Source: Octopus vulgaris
Taxonomy: Eukaryota
Direction: 5' to 3'
DNA: 64,000 bases
Assembly (NCBI GenBank): GCA_951406725.2
Contig: OX597814.1
Coordinates: 64,418,001 to 64,482,000 of the forward strand
In this document: positions 42,170 through 57,234 of the stretch, one piece after another
Layout of the letters: each line of letters opens with the position of its first letter
How positions within the stretch are numbered: position 1 is the stretch's first letter
Notes under the pieces: generated by a model
What the model was told of the DNA's origin: nothing
Seen by the model: the letters and a program-made list of their open reading frames with translations, nothing else
Databases searched by the model: none
Made by a program: the position numbers and the translations under genes

Positions 42170-42332
42170 CTCACACACACATAAACATGCATACATGTAT
42201 ATAAATATATATTCACATACATACAAACATGTAGAAACACATTCGTATACACATATATAATGTTATATATATATTCATACACACACACGCATCGGCGCGC
42301 GCACACACACATACATACACATATTATTGTTA

Positions 42333-42348
42333 TAATAATAATAATAAT

Positions 42349-42387
<39 letters not shown>

Positions 42388-42395
42388 TATTGTTA

Positions 42396-42460
<65 letters not shown>

Positions 42461-42470
42461 GTTATTATTA
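42333..42470. repeat. (AAT)n abutting (ATT)n, forming an AT-rich palindrome
   Basis: Orientation switches at AATT 42385-42388. Confidence 0.9.
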
Positions 42471-42641
42471 ATATATAAATATATATGTGTGTGTAGGTAA
42501 GTGTATAAATGCAGAGAAAGAGAACTGCGCATATATATAAATATGTATACATATATATCCATATATACATATATATATATACATACACACATACATACGT
42601 ATACACATACATACATACGTACATACGTACATGCACACGTG

Positions 42642-42673
<32 letters not shown>

Positions 42674-43122
42674 CATACATACATACATACATACATACAT
42701 ACATACATACATACATACATACATACATGCTTTGTTGTATTATGCATAATTCTGGTATATCCATTGTCATCTTTGAAAAGAAAATTTCCTATTCACTCTA
42801 CATATTTTCACAACAGTTCTTTCAGGTAGGAGCTTTTTTCATTAACAAGAATATTTTCTTTCTATCTCTTAATCATTTATACACATATACCTACACCTAT
42901 AAAACGCAAGGATATATACACACATAGACGACACATATGCAGTATAGCTCCTCGAAAAGAAGCACGTTTTCTACTTAAAACGAAGTCCTTCTCATAATAA
43001 TTTTATACATACACGTGTCCTTTTGAATTTTTTACCGAAAATATTTATTTTGATGGGGTCTAAATCAGTAAAGAAAATCTTTTTTTATCAACAGATATTT
43101 CTCTAGAGGGAAATAAATATAT

Positions 43123-43199
<77 letters not shown>

Positions 43200-44850
43200 T
43201 ACACACGTTCACATAAACACAGATATGTATGCCGACATATGACTGTCTCTTAGAAATATGTGAGTGTTTGTGTGTGTAAATATTGAATTATATATTATTT
43301 CATAATTGTACAACTACTGCATGCCTTCTATAATTTTGCATACAAACATGCATATATATATATGCATGCACATAGGTGCACTCTATATTGACATTTTTAA
43401 ACACAAGTAGAAATATATTTTCAAAGAAACCAACATCCAAATATGATTCAATAGAAAGTTTGTATGTATATTATGTATGCCTGTATGCATGTATGTATGT
43501 ATGTATGTATGTATGTATGTATGTATGTATGTATGTATGTATGTACGTATATTATGTACATTGGATTCACACACATAGATAGACAGATAGACATATACAT
43601 ATACGCATATGTATGTACGTTTATATATAAATACGCAAACATACATATATATGCACACATGTACACATATATGCATAGCCTCAAAATGCTTATAAATTCA
43701 CTCAGACTCTAGGAAAAGAAATTGTTGTCTGAAATCTTCAATAATCTTAGATATGCATCATGTTGTATTAGAGCTTGACCTTTCAACAACATCCATTTAG
43801 AACTAACGTACTTTCTTAATTCATGTATGATAAATAAAGTCAAAGTGATCTTTATGGTCTGTCAAAGTGCAGGAAATAGGAACAAATTTCACTCTGCTAA
43901 CATCTTAGTTAGTTGAGAAAGGAGAGAAATTATATAATAGAAATATGTAGTTTCCGAATTAAAGGTGGGATGGTCATGTCTGGAAATTCTCTATTCAACA
44001 GAATCGATATATTTGTCTTTGGCATATCCATATTATTTTGTCATAGAAAAATATGACATTGAAGTTTGCAAGTTCTTTTGCCTTCATCCAAAGATCATTA
44101 GGACATTCTTGAAATGAATTTAAGATGGGTAGAGGAAGCAATCAAAAACATGTTGCATTCTAAGCTGGACATTTCTTTAAAGCTCTGTCTTTGTTAATAT
44201 GTGGAAAACATACCATTTGCTTGTTCTTCACAATAACGTGATTAGATGAATTTTTTAAAATAATCAGAAAAAAAGCCGCAATACCATTCACATCCACCAT
44301 TCGCAAGAGATTCTTGTGTATATGCATATGTGTATGTTCACATGTGTGTATGTCTGTGTGTGTTTGTGTGTGGGGGGTATGCTTGTATGTGTGTGTGCGC
44401 ATGTGTATGCGCTTGGAATTCTTTTGTTCTTGCTGTTAAAACGATCGGAATAATTTGATTATCAACATTTTCTTTAGATAGCCAACTTTCTTAATGTTCT
44501 AATTTTTGTTGTTTAAGATGCCAACATGGCGTCAGAGTTAAGTGTCTGGACTCCAGTTTTGACAGAAGTTGGCAGCTGAGATTTTATTTCACTCACGCTC
44601 TCACATACTCATATGTTGATATACATAAATATGTATATTTACATATAAGTGTACACACACACATACACACTAGCATACATATATATACACACTCACACAC
44701 ACAAATATATATATATATATATATACCTGTTTGTGTGTGTGTTTCCACCATCAAAATAATAATATTCTCTGTGAACGGCCCTTTGACTTTTGCTTTGAAT
44801 TTGACATCGAACTGCATATCTATCTATATATCTATCTATCTATCTATCTA

Positions 44851-44883
<33 letters not shown>

Positions 44884-45010
44884 AACGCAGTATAGCGTGA
44901 AAACAGCAGAAAGATTGGGTATTTTACCCTTATAAGATGAAGTGAAAGGGAGGTTGTTAGTAGACGGCTAGAGGATGTGAACTCGTCACTTTTGAATACC
45001 GGCTGAATAC

Positions 45011-45244
45011 ATATTTCTTTACTACCCACAAGGGGCTAAACACAGAGGGGACAAACAAGGACAGACAAACGAATTAAGTCAATTACATCGACCCCAGTAC
45101 GTAACTGGTACTTAATTTATCGACACCGAAAGGATGAAAGGCAAAGTCGACCTCGGCAGAATTTGAACTCAGAACGTAACGGCTGACGAAATACGGCTGC
45201 GCATTTTGCCCGGCGTGTTAACGTTTTTGCCAGCTCGCCGCCTT
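45011..45244 (-). mobile_element. Full-length tRNA-derived SINE (family A) with a 15-bp target-site duplication
   Basis: Minus strand reads ggcggcgagctggca...ctgagttcaaattc (B-box-like)...gcctttcatcctttcggtgtcgataaattaagtaccag...agccccttgtgggtagtaaagaaata. It is flanked by identical ATACCGGCTGAATAC at 44996-45010 and 45245-45259. Confidence 0.9.
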
Positions 45245-45481
45245 ATACCGGCTGAATACCGTTAAGGTAAACGATTCACGGATAACAATCGCCGTCAAAT
45301 TAAACGCTAAATAATGATAGCTTTTTTAAAAATGCGACATATTGTAAACAAAGTTTGGAAGCATCGAATCTTTGTGCTGTTTTCGCGGCTGTACTGCATT
45401 CGAAATATATTTTCTTGTCTATATGAAACACATTCGACGCTTCCAAAGTTTGTTTACAATATGTTGTCGCATTTACCATTA

Positions 45482-45540
<59 letters not shown>

Positions 45541-45812
45541 CACACACACACATGTACATACATACAATGTGCGCACAGCGCACGTATAAGATTAACGTAA
45601 TAGACTGTAATTTTTTAGCTCATATTTGAACAAATTAAATAAATATTCATTCATGTAAAAGCATAATATTACAAGAAATCTAATACACTGACCTTATTAT
45701 CATATCAAAAGCAAATATAAGTGCTGCTCAACGTTCTCAACTAAGAAATACAATATACTGATTAACAGTTTTAATTGTCTAATTCGTCTGCAGATTTAGA
45801 ATTTATACATAA

Positions 45813-45913
<101 letters not shown>

Positions 45914-46748
45914 CATGTATCTGAATATATATGTATATCTGCAGGAGAGGCTCAAGGAGAATACAATTTGAAAGATTTTGTAGAAATACTTCTTCGTGAT
46001 ATGATGTGTAGAACTTCATCGTACCAAGAAGCATAGATTGCTGTACTGAATACCAAAAAAGTTGTAACGGCAACTGAAACATTCTAGGGTAGCCTACTGA
46101 GAAGACCCTGGGATCGGTAGTATCATTGGACGTTTATGAAAGTTATGCAATATTGAAATCTTGCCTCACCGATAAACCTTAACATGCACACGCGCTCACA
46201 CACAAGGATTGAAATCACAAAATATTTAGATTAGAACAAAACTAGCTGTTTAGTTTCCAGTGCAACAATAGCCGGTACTCTATATATTTTTGTTGTCATT
46301 TTTTCATCGTACTACATAAGAAAGGAAAAGCCACAACGTATAACGCTGATGAAAAGGAGTGTTATTTTCAGTGTAAGAAAATAATTGACTCTATCCACTC
46401 CTGATGCTCAGTGGTAGACGTCTGAGCGGATAAGCCAATGAATTTCCCATAAGGCACAGTCACATGATTGTCTTACTGCAGGGTCTTGACTTATATTATG
46501 TGGTTCCTTTGTACAATACAGTTAGCTACAGATATCTATTACTATATGCTTATCGCAGTTATTTTAAAACCAGTTTAGTAGAGAAAGCGACTGTAGCCGG
46601 AGGGAAAGCAAAGTTAAACTCTAAGATATTTGTAATGTAAAGCCAGGTCGAACTAGACATTTAGCTGGAGTTTTCTAGTTTCTTTCAGTTTAACACTTTA
46701 TATTACATTCTCCATTAAAATATCATTTTCTGCTTTTTTCCCCCACAG

Positions 46749-47086
46749 GTTATTTAACACTCAACGATGTGCAAGATGCGGGATGGGTATTCAGTCAACA
46801 GACTTGGTGATGCGAGCCAAAAACCACATCTATCATGTATCGTGTTTTACTTGTTTCACCTGCAACAAAGCGTTGCAGGCGGGGGACACATTTGGACTTC
46901 GAGAACATTTTGTATACTGCCAGGTCCATTACGAGGATTCCTATCAGTCGGAGTACATTTCTTTGTCTCCAGACATGAACGCAAATCAAGCCCCTTACTA
47001 TAATGGGGTAGGGACCTTACAAAAAGGAAGGCCTCGGAAACGACGCAGCCCCAACTTGAATTCCGAAGAGTTTGCACAAAATATGG
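46749..47086 (+). CDS. Lhx2/9: Lhx2/9 (apterous-like) exon encoding LIM domain 2 and the pre-homeodomain linker
   Basis: Acceptor ttttttcccccacAG ends at 46748. Splicing from 41005 gives in-frame R-LFNTQRCARCGMGIQSTDLVMRAKNHIYHVSCFTCFTCNKALQAGDTFGLREHFVYCQVHYE...PYYNGVGTLQKGRPRKRRSP, matching Lhx9-type QRCARC...VMRA...PYFNGTGTVQKGRPRKRKSP. Donor G|GTAAGT at 47087 (phase 1). Confidence 0.96.
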
Positions 47087-47311
47087 GTAAGTGATACTGC
47101 TTGTTTTCCAAAATGTCTTTCTGATTAACTATATTTATTGACCGTTTGACGATACGTATATGTGCATTTATAGTTCCTTAAGGTTGTGTGTGATTCAGGA
47201 ACGGTTACTTCTTTCGAATTTTTGTGAGGAGAATTTGGAGTTGGATGATTTTATCCTGATATCATACGAGTTTCTAGCCTCTCCTGCTTTTCACAAGTAT
47301 CTAGGTTTCAT

Positions 47312-47436
<125 letters not shown>

Positions 47437-47944
47437 TTATCTGTCTGTCTATCTATTTATCTACACACATATATAAATGTGTGTATATGTATTTATACAT
47501 ATATAAGCAATATTAAGCAAAAGCAAACTCAGTAGAAAGAGTACTATTTTTTCATTGGTTCGTATGTGTATGTGGTTTTATCTATTTGTTGCTGGTTGGT
47601 TTAATGTAGTGCACATGTCTACATGTATGTTCCCCTGGCACATATGTGTACGTGTGTGTCTCTGTACCAGTTGAGATGGGATTATATATTTTGGTAATGT
47701 TTATTTGCTGTTTGAAACGGGTGTTTTCATTGACTGTTATATTTCTGACTTTCGATGTCTGTGTGTTTGTTGAAACAGTTTGATATCTGCATATGTGAAT
47801 TTGAGTTATGTTTTTGCATCTGAAGACTGCCACGTTTAGTTATACATACACATGTCTATGTATTTACGTCTGTATATATGTATGTATGTATGTATATATG
47901 TATGTATGAATGTATGTATGTATGTATGTATGTATGTATGTATG

Positions 47945-47980
<36 letters not shown>

Positions 47981-49404
47981 CATACATACATGCATTCATA
48001 CATATATGTGCATACATATATCGAGTCATTTGGTTTAGCCTTCTAAGTTAACAATAACTCAAACCAACAACCACATGCTTTTAGGATCTATCCAATAATA
48101 AATGTATGCGAATTTAAGCGTTCTCTTATGGAGGAAGAGTAAATATTTATAACAGTGTAAAGGTATCTAGAGGTTTCAAAGAAACCACTAAATTAGGAGA
48201 AAGCACAATGTTAGACCCATGTGGTAAAATCCATCATATTCAATAAATTTAAGGATAATGATAGGTAAGAAGTTTCCCCATCGTCTAAAAATCGAGGTCC
48301 CCGGACAAAAATATAGGCGAAAAGACTATTCAACACTAGTAAACTTTGACTATACTCTAATATTCATTAAGAGGAAGGGAATGATGACTGATTTGAACTG
48401 AGGGTGCTCAAACTAAATCAGAATACAGAAATACAATTGCCAATTTTATTTCGTTTGATCAGACATTGGTAAATTCCTGGAATGCTTAGATATATACTAA
48501 ACACATCTAACGTTACTCAACACAGTATATATTTGTAACATTGTAAAGTAGACTGGAAATAATATTAATAACACAGACCTGGTCTTTGAGAAAGAACAAT
48601 ACGTCCTATAATATTAAAACATCAACAATCAAGCCACACTAAATAAAAATTTTGAATTGCTTTCTTCAGGCTTTCACATGCAGGGGTAATTCTTTAAATA
48701 TCATACTGGCATAGCAGCATGAAATCCAAATAAAACATCATTTTCCTTTTCCTCTTGAAATAATATTTCGCTCTACAATTAGAAATAACGTCAAAATTAC
48801 TTCGTGAACATAGAAATCTTATAACCTTTTTTCAAATAAATCTACATGAATTAATAATTCAATAAACTAGATTATTTCCCTTACTTGGTTTTCAAAAGCA
48901 ATATATGAAGGTGGAATAGATCTTATCCGACATTACCAGAAAAGCTATAATATTGCAAAAATAATTGTAGCAATATATTCACGAAATACCTGTATTGTAA
49001 TTAAGTGCATATGTGTGTGTGAGTCTGTGTGTGTGTGCGTATGCATTCGTGCGTGCGCGTGCAGTAGGAACACATCTTTATTTCTGTCACTTCCTGGAAA
49101 ATTGAAAGAACAGTTGAATCCAGCGAAAGGAATGTAGTTCTGAATTCTATTGATTCTGTCAATCCAGCAAACTCATAAACGTATTTCATATGTTTGTATT
49201 TATGTATGTACATGTCCATACACAGTCGTTGAACTGCGCCATGGATGAGTAACTGTTTCAAAGATTTTAGCTCGTTTATAATCAGCCTAATAATTTGTTT
49301 CGTATTCATTCTGTCAACTTCGAAAGCAAGAAATGTGAAGCTGACCCGCACAGGACTTTAAATCCCAAGGTACTTTGCCTGATACCCTACAGGCATTCAT
49401 CTAT

Positions 49405-49447
<43 letters not shown>

Positions 49448-49884
49448 CGAAACGTAGAGTAGATGAAACCATGGCGACTGAAGAAGGGTTTTTTTCCTTG
49501 TGTTATTTGTCCTGTACTCTATTTTTTTGTTGTTTAAGAAAAATGTCCAGTTCCTTGTGTTTGTGGTCTATGTTTTCGTTTCTCATTGTGTTCGACGTTT
49601 TTTGGTGTCCTGTACTCATATATGCGTGTATATATACATGTAGAGGTAGGTACGTACATATATGTATATATATATGCATATGTTTTATTTATTAATATAT
49701 TATATATGTGTGTGTGTGTGTACACAAATACAGATTCAAACATACGTACGTATGAACATACATCATGGTATTGATAAGGCTATCAGATGCTGGTCACAAT
49801 ATGTTTCGCATGGCCCTTAACCAGAAGACTATTCCGTTGCAAAGTTGCCCTTTTACAGCTGCGCTGACTTGAGCATCGAACAAT

Positions 49885-49988
49885 GGAGTGAATGCTGAAG
49901 AACACAGCGCGCCGCCCGATCCGCGGATCGAACCTACAGTCAGGCAATCGTTAGTGCAACACTGTAACTATTATGCCACGCGCCTTCA
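49885..49988 (-). mobile_element. Degenerate tRNA-like SINE head
   Basis: Minus strand gaaggcgcgtggcataatagttacagtgttgcac...ggttcgatcc (B-box). Confidence 0.55.
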
Positions 49989-50079
49989 CATGAACATACA
50001 ATCATAAATAAATACATACATGCATATACGTGCAACTATATATATATATATATGATATATATATGTATATACATATATA

Positions 50080-50118
<39 letters not shown>

Positions 50119-50141
50119 TATATACATACATATATTTATGT

Positions 50142-50209
<68 letters not shown>

Positions 50210-51061
50210 GTAATATTCAACATGCAAGAGCAGGCATGCATGCACGCAAGCAAGCGTACATGCGTGAAAATGAGATGTTCGTTGAGGTTGCCTCAGGATG
50301 TTATGAACAGAGACTACCACACGAGGCTCTTACCGCACGGGCGAAACTGAAGCTGTTCCTCTCTTCAGTTCCAACAACACTGCCTTGCTATTCATTTTCT
50401 GTTCTCACTTGTGATGACGACGACGACGACTACAATGACAACGACGAAGATTAAATTGTTGTTGTTGATGATGATGATGATGATGATGACGACGATGATG
50501 ATGATGATGACAATGACGATGACGGTGACAAAGCGAAGACGATGTCGATGTCGACGGTGATAACGGGGATAATGACGTTGTCAATGATGATGATAACATT
50601 ACGGGGCTCTGTAGTTATATTGCGGTCTATAACTACTTTAAGGACCTCTTAATTTTTAGCTTCAGGCTATTAGTTCGATTCTGCGATGGAGTGCGTGGTT
50701 ACAAAGTGGAGGTGGGACGTGAGAAGATGAAAATATAAAAACGAAGTAAAAAAGAAAGGCAAGGATAGATGGTATAACAGAGTACATATACACTCTGTCA
50801 CTTAATATTATCTCTTCATCATTCATTCTCATTCAGTTAAGAGGAATCTATAATCTTTCTCGTTTTCTACCAAACCCGTTCTCACTTATACATGCAATCA
50901 AACGCACGCGCGCGCGCGTTTGTGTGTACACCCACGCATTACATGTACACTTTTATGACAAAAAACGTTTTTATTAATTAATATTTCTATAACTATATAT
51001 CTATCTATCTATGTACACACACACACACATGTACATACATACATACATACATACATACACA

Positions 51062-51129
<68 letters not shown>

Positions 51130-51244
51130 AATACTCACACACGTATCAGATTCCGACAAACACAACTGATATTTTGGACTTCCAAAAAGGTTACCTATCT
51201 TCTAAAATTCGGTTATAAGGCATCAACAGCCAAAGAAATTAAAC

Positions 51245-51523
51245 CACATCAGTTGGTTATTATCTAATACTAAACATGGAATAACATTTCCGCTTACAAT
51301 GTTAGTCGGTACCTACGAAAGAAATTCCGAAAATAATATTCGTCATCTTCGTAGCACATTCGATCTAGTACATGAATTTCTATCTACTAGAACGAATATG
51401 CTATGAAGATGACGAATATTGTTTTCGGAATTTCTTTCGTAGGCACCGACTAACATTGGAAGCAGAAACGGCCGTAAGAAATGTTATGTCATGTTTTGTA
51501 TTAAAAAATAACCGACTGATGTG
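51245..51523. repeat. Long imperfect inverted repeat (foldback/MITE-like), ~125-bp arms, ~14-nt loop
   Basis: Left arm ...gttagtcggtacctacgaaagaaattccgaaaataatattcgtcatcttc...ctagta (to 51370) pairs with the right arm tactag...gaagatgacgaatattgttttcggaatttctttcgtaggcaccgactaac... (from 51385). Confidence 0.9.
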
Positions 51524-51745
51524 ATTCAAGTTGTTTGTTTGTTGATCAAATGTTTTCTCCATTTTCTGATTATCTAAATATGATTCCTGATAAACTTTTG
51601 TTTATTCTGTTGTTACCTGTACCCTATGTGCACAATGGGCCTGCATACCAATGCCCAGGGGTAGCACAAGTAATTGATACCGATAATAAATACGTATACT
51701 ATTATCCCTTATTCGGTTACTACAACAGCTAACTCTGCTTACCTA

Positions 51746-51786
<41 letters not shown>

Positions 51787-52622
51787 AACGTGTATACATG
51801 TATGTATGAATGTATATATACATACATATATATATATATATATATATGCGATTGAGCACGTAGTTATATATATATATGTGTGTAATACAGAATGTATGTA
51901 TATATATGTATGTATGTATATATGTATGTATGTATGTATGTGTGTATGTATATGTAAATATATATATTTACATGTATATACATATACATATGTATTTATA
52001 TATACATATATATACACATACATACAGATAAATATATATTTATACATATATATATACACACTTATATATATATATATATGTGTATATATATGTATACATA
52101 CATTTATATACATATATATATGTGTGTGTGTATAAATGCATACAAATGTAGACGCATACACACACACGCGTACACACAAATATATTAGTGCATATGAATA
52201 TGTACGTGCGTGTGACTCTCGATGACGAAATTCATCATCGTCTGTTTCAACAAGTCAATGAACATGTCAATAACGGTAACTCCTTACTGTCGTACTGCGT
52301 ATAGTGTTTTCGAAACTTCATACTTACATTCTTAATGTATTACATATTTTGGACAGGTACCACTTATAATTCAATTCTCTATCTCTTACCAATCACTCCT
52401 TTTCGCACTAAACGTCACACGCACACGCTCAGACACACAGACACACATACTCTCTCCCTCTCTCTCTCTCACACACGCACACACATACACACACACACAT
52501 ACACACACACACATACACACACACGTATATATATGGATACATGAAAACAAGCATATATATATATATATATATACATATATACACACACACAGATAAACAA
52601 ACACACACACACACAAACACAC

Positions 52623-52663
<41 letters not shown>

Positions 52664-53266
52664 CTCTTAGTTTCTTTCTCGTTCAACATGTTTTACTTTC
52701 ACTCCCACCCCTTTCTTTACACCTGAATATGTCGTATTGTCAATATTTGCTTTTCGTGTTGTCAACTTGTAATCATCATCTCACAGGTGATATCTATATT
52801 TTAACAACAGACTTTTCTCATCCACTTACATAAATGCTGTATCTCCCTCTCTTTCTTTCTCACTGTCGTTCTCTGCCTCTCCCCGCTCGTTCTGTCACTG
52901 CGTGTAACTGTGTGTGTCTGTGTGTGGTGGGGACTATTTCTTTATATTTTTCTTTTGCGAGGCCATTGATGTTTTCTCAAGCTTTATGCGTAATTCCAGT
53001 TTCTATAGGGCGCATCGAGCCAGAAGCCATCTTGCCCGCTCTTGGATAGAAAGTTAGCCTCATATCAGATACATTTTCACAACTTTTAGTATTGCCACAA
53101 AGATAGGCTGATTTAGTACTCTGAAATTCAACTAAACCTCGGCTGTAAGCGAGTGAGTTATAGATATATACTGCATCTGCATATAAATGTGCGTATTTTG
53201 TATGTACGTATACATACATACATACATACATACATACATAAATACATACATACATACATACATACA

Positions 53267-53369
<103 letters not shown>

Positions 53370-53501
53370 GTACACACACATATAAATAGCAAAAATTATA
53401 AATAACACGATGACGAATTAAAACAAACAAAATGTATTAGGTTTACAATCGAATGAAGTAGAAAGAAAATTATTTTCGAATTTATGCTCACACACACGCA
53501 C

Positions 53502-53540
<39 letters not shown>

Positions 53541-54599
53541 AATATATATGCGTCGTTAGTCCGCTATTGTTTATGTATATTTTTCTCTCGGTCCCCATGT
53601 TACTTTCTATTTTTGATAAATATTTATAACTCGAAACATTAGACCATTTCTTGTTTCTTGTATTGTGCATTTTTGTCTTTATCTACACTATCTGAGATAG
53701 TTGGTCTTTCGTTACATATTTCTACACTTTTCCAACCACGTGCTTTGCTCGAGTCGGAAAGACTCAATCCACGTCGAAAAATGGATAAGTCTTACATCCA
53801 TGTTGGCAATCTGTTAGTTCTATAAAACAATGCATTTCACAACCTTAAGCTCGATCTATCTTGCTGCAAATACTTATTACAGTTGGCAGGTACAAGATTG
53901 CAACTGAAAGAAGGAGATCACTGAAAATTAATGTGTCCCATTTTGAAGTATTTAGCTTTTAGAGTCTTGAGTCTTCTTGGATTAAGAAAATGTTGTGTAT
54001 ACGTTGCAACAAAATTTGAATTAAATCATAAACTCCCCCTTCTTTGATTGTAGTTTAACCCTGAGTGGGTTGTAATCAAGCAGGTTTGTAGTCAAAGATG
54101 TTCTACACTTGATCTACACATCGTTCTGAATATTCAAATCTATGTTATTCAATGTTTCCTTCTATCTTTTTATAAAAACGGCAGTGCCTGATCAGAGGTA
54201 GACTTGACAGTTCTTCCTAGCAGGTCAAATAACCATGTACAGGCACTCCTCTAGATCAATGACACCTTGTATGAAGCGGTAGATAACTACAAAATTCATA
54301 TGATTGTCAGATTCCTTCTTGTTAGGCTGACCTCTACAATCCACTCTAACATTTTCCGGCATTGCTAAATCTCTTGCGTCTGCCTATCTGTTTGCATAGA
54401 TAAATGGATAGATGGATGGGTGGATAGATAGATGAATGGATGGATGGATGGATGGCCAAATGCCTGGCTAGTTTGAAATCGGCTTTCGGGATTTGAAGAA
54501 TTGTTGGTTTGTTGTTTGCACAGATGGTAAACTCTTCTTCTGTCAAGTACATACATGTTGGTGGTAGACAATTTTGACAGTTGATCTAAGCAGATCGTA

Positions 54600-55330
54600 C
54601 CGCCACCCCCTTTCCCCCACCATGACCACTAACTGTAGCTGCTTCACCAGACCCACTACCACTTGCACTCTCACCGCCGTCATTTACACTATGACAACCA
54701 CCGTTACTGCTGCTTCCACTTCGACGAAGTAACATCACCACTACAGCCAACACCACATTCCTTACTATTTCTAGAAAAATCTATTAGCACAATTTGTTCA
54801 GTTTCAACCTCTACTGCTTCGCGTTTTACCACCACCACCACCACTTCTCCCATCACTACCACAACATTGTCATCCCCACTACCATCACCATCACAACCAA
54901 TACCAGCATCACCAGTATCACCAATACTGCCATTAACATGACTATAATAAACATCACAATCACGATGACCAGCAACAAAAAAACACACCACCACCATCCA
55001 AACCATCATCACCACTACACTATTACCACCACCACCATCACCACTATTGCTTCCTTCCCCTCCAGCAACACCATCATCACCATCTCCACCATCCCACCAC
55101 CGTCACCATAACACCATCACCAACAACAAAACCAGCGGCACCACCACCAATACCACCATTCTCAACTATCCTAACACCACCGATACAAAATACTGCGTCC
55201 ACTGCCTGTCATTATTAACTATCGACATCACCCCACTACAACTCCTTTATCATCATCATCATCCTCATCATCATCAGCCAACAGTGATCTGCCCCCACAC
55301 CTACTTACTTACTTGTTCACCTCACTAAAT
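54600..55330. repeat. Degenerate C/A-rich (CAC/CAT/CAA)n low-complexity tract
   Basis: Strong C+A strand bias with decayed trinucleotide periodicity. Confidence 0.75.
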
Positions 55331-55712
55331 CCCCGCACCCCTAGTTCACACTTCCATCCCAACACCCACGATAAGTAATTGGACTTAGCTTGTCAAGAAA
55401 CGACTCCAAGCTATATTTCAAGCACAGACATAGAAAACTAAAGTAAAAGTATACTATACATGGAATTGCAGACGCACACATGTACATATATGTATCCAGT
55501 CTCCTGTCAATTCATCCATCCTGTTTTCTAACACACACACACGCACGCAAACACATATACACACACAAACACACGCACATCACATATGTGCGTTGTGTAC
55601 GTGTGCGTGCATGTGTGTCTGTATACTGATATATATATATATATATATTCGTATTATATCCATATACACACACATATATATATACATTCATATACATATT
55701 CGTACATATATA

Positions 55713-55758
<46 letters not shown>

Positions 55759-55793
55759 AATGTATGCATACACACACACACACACACACACAC

Positions 55794-55840
<47 letters not shown>

Positions 55841-55859
55841 GTATATATGTATATATGTA

Positions 55860-55961
<102 letters not shown>

Positions 55962-56425
55962 AGGAAATAGGAACAAGAGAATACACGTTGTTTTAACAAT
56001 AAAAACAAAAAATAACACCACCAGCAGAAACAATATCAGCATTAACAACATCAGAATAATATCTAGAAGTTTCGAAGTAACATTGCTCTGAGCAGTTAGT
56101 TCGGGGCGTGGCACATTTTGAAATTTGACCGAACCAAAGTGGAATACCGGAGAAATTTCTTACAAATACTCGAAATGTAATCAGATAGGTTCAGCTGGCT
56201 TCGTTACTGAGGTGGGAGTTTACAGTCTCATACATGAAGCGTCTATATGATGGCAGTAAATATAAGTACACATGTGTGTTTGTGTGTGTGTGTACGTATA
56301 CGCATGCATATATATATATATATTTATATATATATGCAAGCACGCATATATGTACTTAAATATATGTGATTATATATACGTATGTATCTGTATATATAAC
56401 GCGTACAGACATATTGAAACAGCTT

Positions 56426-56468
<43 letters not shown>

Positions 56469-56675
56469 TATTAAGGTATGTAGAAAAATACAACATGGAC
56501 AAGAACGTATAACTCTTAGAAGACGATACAATTATATATATATATACATATATATATACATATATCTTCATACACACACGCACACACGCACACACACACA
56601 CATATATATAAAATACGTACGGACATATCTATGACTAAACAGAATAACAATAGTAATGATGATGATGATGATAAC

Positions 56676-56747
<72 letters not shown>

Positions 56748-57048
56748 TGATGATGAAAATATAACCAATGTAATAATGGAACTATGACCGGATATATTAT
56801 ATATCATATGACAAAAGCACTCAGCTAAAATACAATATATAATATATACTTTCGCACGTGCATGTGCTCGCGCACCACGATTACAGGTGTATACATTCGA
56901 GAGAGTCTGATTGCTTCCCATGCTGAGGAGCGCGGCAACCGACCGAATTAAATCGTAGGCCATGGTTATGCATTTCCATTTCATCTGACGTCAATTAACA
57001 CATAATCAGCTAACAGTCCTAACGTAATTCTTGTGATCTCTTTTACGT

Positions 57049-57234
57049 TCCTTGCTTGGGTAAAAGACAATACAGGAAGATCAGTTAATTATTATATCAG
57101 TTAATATTCATCATATTGCCCTCTAAGATTCACACTTATTGCAGTAGTTCTTCAAAAGAACTCGAAAGGTGGATCCACCAACCAGACCTTTGGCGAGACC
57201 CTTAAAGCCCGGGATTTTTCAGCACATCCTTGTA
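57049..57234 (-). mobile_element. Second copy of the mariner-derived MITE
   Basis: gatcagttaatta...gattcacacttattgcag...ccagacctttggcgagacccttaaagcccgggatttttcagca..cttgTA is the reverse complement of 21805-22013. Confidence 0.65.

Noticed and set aside
54663-55328. Thr/His/Pro-rich, mucin-like ORFs
   Set aside because: Decayed (CAC/CAT/CAA)n tract open in several frames, with no supporting splice structure
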